Shown: piece by piece, positions 50,121-64,000 of the stretch
Layout: every line of letters starts with the position of its first letter
Position numbering within the stretch: position 1 is the first letter of the stretch
From: Bugula neritina
Lineage: Eukaryota > Animalia > Bryozoa
NCBI GenBank assembly: GCA_964035545.1
Contig: OZ037770.1
Location: 496,001-560,000 of the forward strand
DNA: 64,000 nt
Direction of reading: 5' to 3'
Translations under genes and position numbers: made by a program
Notes under the pieces: generated by a model
Databases searched by the model: none
What the model was told of the DNA's origin: nothing
What the model saw: only the letters and a program-made list of their open reading frames with translations

Positions 50121-53100
50121 TGAGTGCAGTCATCACTATACAGATTTTGTAAAGGTGTCTTGACTAAAATTTGACTCACTTTATATATATAGCGGCCACC
50201 ACAATTATCTGATGACTTAATAATGAGTATGTCGTAGAATGTGTCTTCAAATTTCCAAACCAGCAAAACCTTCACCTTGCTGTGTAAATTCCCACCAATT
50301 GCCGATACAGTCATTTTTCTAAACCCAAGAGGTACTGAAATGGTGAACCAATCTTATTATTTGTTAATAACACCAAAAAATTATAGTATATGACATTGGG
50401 GTTACAGTTAGATTTGAATTTAGCACATTATGCTAGCATGTAAATAAATACAGAAGGATCAAGTTTATTAGCTTTTCAATTCTGAAACCTAAAAATCAAC
50501 TTTTCTTGTGGTTGTATAATAGCATTGTTGCTTCTAGAGGAAATTATGTGTAAAGCTGTTAAGTAAACAGCCAATGTATGTTAATGTGCATAAACCGTTT
50601 CTATACTTTCCATGTTTCACTCAATCAATCATCATGTTTGCTGTACAACAGAATTTATTCATATATAGCACTACACCTTTATCTGCTATAAAATTAATAC
50701 TTAGTGATGAGATTAACTTCCACAAAGAGTAAAACTACAATAATTTCAGTTGCTATAGCAACCAAACAATGTATTTCAATTGAGTTTTTGTACTAAGAAC
50801 CAAATAATGAAAGCAAGGTTTTACCAGTAGATACTTTGAAATACTTCTTAAGATATAATCCCTGACAGTTCACTTTAAATAGTATATTATAGTTGTTTCC
50901 ATAACTCATGTGAAACCTTTCTGTGGTGCTTTTCTCGGGCCTCTAATTATAAATACAAAATATATCTGTATTATACATACATCTTGAATATGTAACACAT
51001 AGCCATGAATAGAAATGTTGATCAATATTTCAAACTCTAATGTCTATACTATTAGTGTGATGAAGTTTCTTTGTTGAAATAAGTTGTTATAACATCTTTT
51101 AATTTTGTAAAAAGTTAAAAAAGACTTTTTAGAGCCGAAGCATAGATGCTTTGGTAGGTTTGATGAGATTGTTTTAGATTTAAAGCATAGTGAAATACTA
51201 AGTGCAATTTAATTTTTCAACTTGAAAATATCTTTTGTTTTTCATGGGTAAAAAATGTTAACTGTAGGAATTTAAAATGTTAGTGTTTGTGTATCTACTT
51301 TAGCAGTTAGAAAAAACTTTTTAATGAGAAAATATCGAATGCAAGATGATTACCGTAATAGTTCTCGCGATTCTGTTTCCACGGAAACCAGACACATCCA
51401 AATTTATTACATCATAGTCTGCAGTTGGCATCCATGAGATGAGGATAGTGCTAGCCTCTACAGTTACTGATATATTTGGAGGGAAATCTGGTCCTAAACA
51501 GGAAGTAAATAGTTTCACATTTTGATCATAATGTGGTTATCACAGTGTTGAATTAACCCAGCAGCCCCTATAGTGTTTTTGTTTAGCGAGCATGCTCGGA
51601 AGCCGAAGGTCTGTGATTTGAGCCCCGATGGGGGAAAGATTTTACATATAACTGTATATGATTTAGACAGTTGCATACTGAATAAAAAGTAGTATGTATA
51701 TATAGTACAGGATACTTATAGTCGTTAAGTTAAACACCTAGACCTGTAGTCTCATAAGAAGTTGGAAGCTTAAGTTTGTTTTCTTTTAATTTAAAGCTAA
51801 CATTTGATAATTTTTATTCAGCTACTACCAATTGCTAGAATTTTTGTCATTTACCTGATAAAATTAATGTTTTGCTATTTGATATCCATCAGCAAGAAAC
51901 AATAAAATATAATATTTCATGAAAGATCACAGACTCAAATTGGTTGAATCCTCTCCCATGGAGATAGGTGAGAAAAATTTATTGAATTATTTAAGTAAAA
52001 CTTACCTGTACTTAATCGTAGCACACGAGAAATAGAATAAGCCTTCTTTTCCTCATCTCCCACACACGCAGTGTACAACTCAAATGTAACATTTTGGTTA
52101 CTTGGAAGATTTAGCTCATTTCTTGTCAACCTTTGTAATCCAGGTTTGACTAAAAAAAAAACCCATAGCAAAGGATTTAACTAACTATACAAGCTTGATT
52201 TTTGTTCAAGCAAAAAACTATTAGGAATAGAAGTAAAAAACAACAAATGATTTTTGAAATATTACATTAGTTTTGCAATTCTATATAGTATATAGTAAAC
52301 CAGCTTTTGAAATTGAATTTTTTTTAAATGCTATAGAAACCAAACATCAAATACGGAATTCTCCTTCTGTGTCTAATGTCAATGAATTTTAAGTACCCAT
52401 TACAACGATGACTAACAAAAAATTTGATTGAAAACAGATATCAATTTTTTCTGCCATTAAAAATTTTTCACTAAAAGAAATATTATGTATAACAGTACAT
52501 TTTAATTTACACAAGTTTTTTGACTGTGAGGGTTTAGTATAATATAAAAGCTGCAATTCTCAACTTTTTGACAGTAATATTTGAAAATTTGCAATCTATT
52601 GAAAAAAAATTTTCCTTATCAAATTTTAAACTGGATAAAAAAATAAAAATGTAAAGAAGATGGCGCAGCAAATTTTCCACAGGCCTAACCTAAAGCAAAA
52701 GTGAACCTTTTTGTTTTTATTTTGATAGAAATTGTAACTTATATACTTAGAAATAATAAAACAACTGTTGTCCCACAAAAGTTATTTGCTAAATCTGTAG
52801 TAACTCTACATGAGTTCAACACACAGATGCATATCCTTGAGAGCAACTATGTAAACATCAAATCGAGATTTTAGCTTCAAATATAAATTATTTTAGGACT
52901 AAAATAAATTTAAATGGCAAGATCAAACCTTCAACTTGTTAATGATGCTCTACACCAATAACTGAATATTGCACTATGAGTCCATTGTAGAAAGAAGGTC
53001 TTCCATATGATGTTTTCTCAGGTGGAGGATCAACGTGTACGGTGATGATATCATTCTTATCGTTTCCTACTTTAAACCCTTCGGCTTGCAATGGAGCTGA

Positions 53101-53280
53101 GAATATACACCAGAAATGTGACCTTATAGGGTGTCTTTGCTTGTAAAACTATAGATTATATAGATTATGGTATTTCAATGATTATGACAAGCTATGGTGT
53201 TATATTATATACAACTTTGAAAAAATGATTGCTTATAGCCCTATAGTGATTATATAATTCTTTCCTGATTAGTATTAACG

Positions 53281-53330
<50 letters not shown>

Positions 53331-55364
53331 TTATATACATTATTATATATACCTAGATTGATGTGCACTCTTCTATCTATCCACAACTCGTAACCAGGTA
53401 CTCTGTAGGCCAGGAAGATTATTCTATACCTAGCTCCAGGTGACAGATAGCCATAATCTTTCTTAAAAAACAAATAATAATAAAATTGCTGTAAAATATA
53501 CTTCTTTTAATTTATAAATCTTTCTTCTTCTCTCATTTCTTCTTTTGCACTGTTACTCACGTAAAGCCAAAGCTCCCGGTTGCGGTCATGTAGGTAGTTG
53601 ACTTGAAAATCGTAAATTCTCTCGTAGCCTGGCCTAGAAATAACAAACTGATGTGCTACATTAAAGAGCGTAACTCCTGGAGGTCTGGTGGATGTAACTA
53701 GCCAGAGTGTTATGGTGCTCCTCAACGTCAAATGGGGATTGTTAACTTCTTCAACTGCTAGCGCTGTTCTGACAATTCTGCAATAAAACATCAGATTCAA
53801 ATTCAGTTTTAATTTTTGAATTGTCGAATACTTTAGCTTTGTGAGCTTTTTAGATTGGGTTTGAATACCAGTAGCAGCAAAAGAGCATTTAGACGTAAAT
53901 GCACCTACAAGAAAATGTCTACATTCCACTCTGAACAACCAACCATGTTTTTTAGAACTTTTTAAAAGAGATCAATTCTGAATATCTATAATAAAAAGTT
54001 GAATAGTGTCTAAATACACTTTCTCCAGTTTAGAAGTTATATTATAAAAGCTTTTCTGTAGTTTTCTGAAAACGCTCTTAAGGCAGAAGAAGTCAGCTAA
54101 CAGTAGTGATTTCTAATGCCGATATATCTTATCACGTTGCTGTTGAAGGTCAAAGTTTTTTTTTGGCCCTTATTAGCAAGATAAAAAGTTAAATAGTTTT
54201 GAAGACTTCTTATTAGTAAGTTTTGCATGTAGACCTAGTTACCATGTGCTTCATAAGAGGATCACAACTTTACAAAAAAACAAGTTGCCCTAGTAAAAAA
54301 CTGCCAACATGAAAAGCGTTATATAAGAAAAGTTGTTATGTAAGCCAACTTTATAATGACTAATCAACTCACAAATCTACATCCCTGTAATAAGCACCCA
54401 ACACCATGCGTTTCAGCAAGACCAGAATCATCCATCTCATGCTCCTCATTTTTCTTTCTGAAATCGATTCAATTTTTTAGTACGAAAACAAAAATATTAT
54501 TATTGAGCTGATGAAATGTTTGAATATGTTATGATAAAAGTATTTGATAAATGTTCATTGTTAACTTATTGCTTTTGGTTCATGCCAAAGCATTTTTTAC
54601 TCAGCTATAAAAGCAGCTAGAGCATTTACATTATGAACAACTAAAAGTAAGAAGTTGGTAAGATAAAAATATTGACACAGTATAGAGAAACAAAATAAGG
54701 TACGAGTCATTGCAGACAATGCAGCAAAATATACAGGAGAGACGTAGTAAAAAAAACACTAAAATATATAAGACAAGTAATATAAGGGCAAGGCTAAAAA
54801 AGAGAAGTGGTGGTAGTGTCAAAAGATGAAGAATAGATTAATAAATGCAGCTGGTAAAAACATATGTTTTAAAATAGCATAAAAATATTTAACCTGAAAA
54901 GTATGCATTGATAAACATATGGTAAAATAATCACCTGTATATGTCAATCAGCTATAGCGGTAACTGCATGTAGCTCAGTAGGAGTATACATAGCTAGACA
55001 AGACAGAACAGAGAACTTTTAAGGCTGCTTGTTGTAAGGTAAAGAGAAAAAACATCTCAGAAGATTGCAAGAGGACAGTTTTTTGCTGGTAGATCCTGAT
55101 ATGAAGTCGGGATTATATAATATGCATTTTAGTGATGCAACTGTTCTGATTTTCCCTTCGTACCACGTTTTAGTAGAAGATATGGATTTAGTTGTGAATT
55201 TCTAAAGTGAAGCAAGTTAATCGAGTCTTTCTTAGTCTCAGTATACTTCAGGGTCTCAACCATTCTGTGGCTTTTCTCTAAATTAACTTGAAGGTAAATT
55301 TCAGCATAATATATTACATTAAATTCTTATATAAACAAAGTTAAAAGAAACTTGAGATGTCCCC

Positions 55365-55540
55365 AAGTGTTTTCCAAGTATCACCAAGTATCGAAAAATA
55401 TCAGCAAGTGCCAGAAATTGTCACCATGTGTCACCAAGTTTTACTAGGTGTCAGCAAGTGTCAACAAGTGTCAGCAAGTGTCAACAAGTGTCAACAAGTG
55501 TCAACAAGTGTCACCAGGTGTCAGCAAGTGTCACTAAGTT
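55365..55540. repeat. 10-bp minisatellite (AAGTGTCANC)n
   Basis: Directly visible between copies F and G. Confidence 0.85.
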
Positions 55541-56290
55541 ATCAAGATGAAAGGCTTGCCTGTAGTTAATTATTAAAACTGGATATTCAGATCAGATCAA
55601 TTCAATGTAATATATATGTATTTTTTGTAGAAGTTTATCAGTCTTGATAATATATATTGCACCGACAAAATATTTTATTAATAATTATAATATTTGCTTC
55701 ATTTAAAAATAATAACTTTGATCAAATACTAACTGACATATAATAATTATAGTCATAGCTGGTACTTCAATAAAACAGTAACAGTTTTCTGCTTTAAGTC
55801 AAACAATTTTCTATTTCAAAGTAATGCTTTTAAATATAAAGATAAAATTGACGATTTCTCTTAATTGTAAAAGTTTACACAGTTATAGAATGTGCTTATT
55901 CTATCGATTGGTGATTAAAATGAAAATTATTGTGGTTAGACATTTATTTGTGTTATACAGAGAGAATAAGGCACGGCAAAAAAATGGAAAGAAAAAGAAG
56001 AGAGAAAAAATGGATAAAAAAGCACACAAGCAAAACAGAAAGAAAGAAAGAAAGAAAGAAAGAGAGAGGGTAGAAAAAATCTGTAATGTCAAGAAGACTG
56101 GGTGCAAACAGTAAAGCATTATAGAACATACATTATCAGGTGTCCTAAACTTTAACAAATAAAAAACTGTTTAAAGTTGAAACAAATCAAATATAAATAA
56201 GCAATAACTATTGTTTATTAGTCAAATAAATTGGTTTACAAGCTGTTCTTATATGCTCAACACATAATTTACCTAGTAAACTTTCAAATT

Positions 56291-63805
<7,515 letters not shown>

Positions 63806-64000
63806 CTACAGCAGAACAAATGTTCATATTATATAATTTATTTTTTCGAAAGTAGAAAATCTTGTAGTAGTTTTGCGCTATTAACTACTAATGGTGGATT
63901 ATGCATGAATGAGAGGCAAGAACATAACTCCTTGAACCTATTCAAGAGTAAGAACTGTAATTGATTTGCGTATGAAATTGTATGTTTAGAACTAACAAAT

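Larger units (their letters stand above)
47061..54440 (-). pseudogene. Copy F, 15 exons, single premature TAA near the end of exon 4
   Basis: Exons: 54373-54440, 53561-53777, 53353-53461 (YLSPGARY), 52929-53096 (TAA at 52939-52941, aligning to Gln CAA/CAG in A and G), 52006-52149, 51354-51493, 50825-50942, 50180-50334, 49721-49868, 49293-49463, 48717-48869, 48513-48595, 47764-47986, 47583-47658 (TM), 47061-47181. 2094 nt. Confidence 0.8.

Overview
AT-rich eukaryotic (metazoan, probably invertebrate) genomic DNA. Nearly the whole window is a head-to-tail array of seven paralogous 15-exon genes on the minus strand, named here A-G. I rebuilt them exon by exon from GT-AG sites, conserved exon lengths and intron phases. 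Each encodes a ~680-700 aa type-I membrane protein: signal peptide, six fibronectin type III (FN3)-like domains (two exons each), one TM helix and a short divergent tail. Exon 2 (membrane-distal domain) is hypervariable, while exon 11 is homogenised across copies and chimeric in copy G. Copies B, C and F each carry a single nonsense codon in otherwise open frames. Together this looks like a rapidly evolving recognition-receptor cluster (immune, allorecognition or gamete type; function is inference). Introns and spacers hold an internally deleted RTE LINE that starts with a twister ribozyme and ends in a pseudoknot, a second RTE RT fragment, a ~270-nt structured element with an intact type I hammerhead ribozyme (retrozyme-like), a Harbinger-like MITE, a probable solo LTR, tRNA-derived SINEs and position-conserved micro/minisatellites. 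Most long entries in the ORF track are repeat artefacts.
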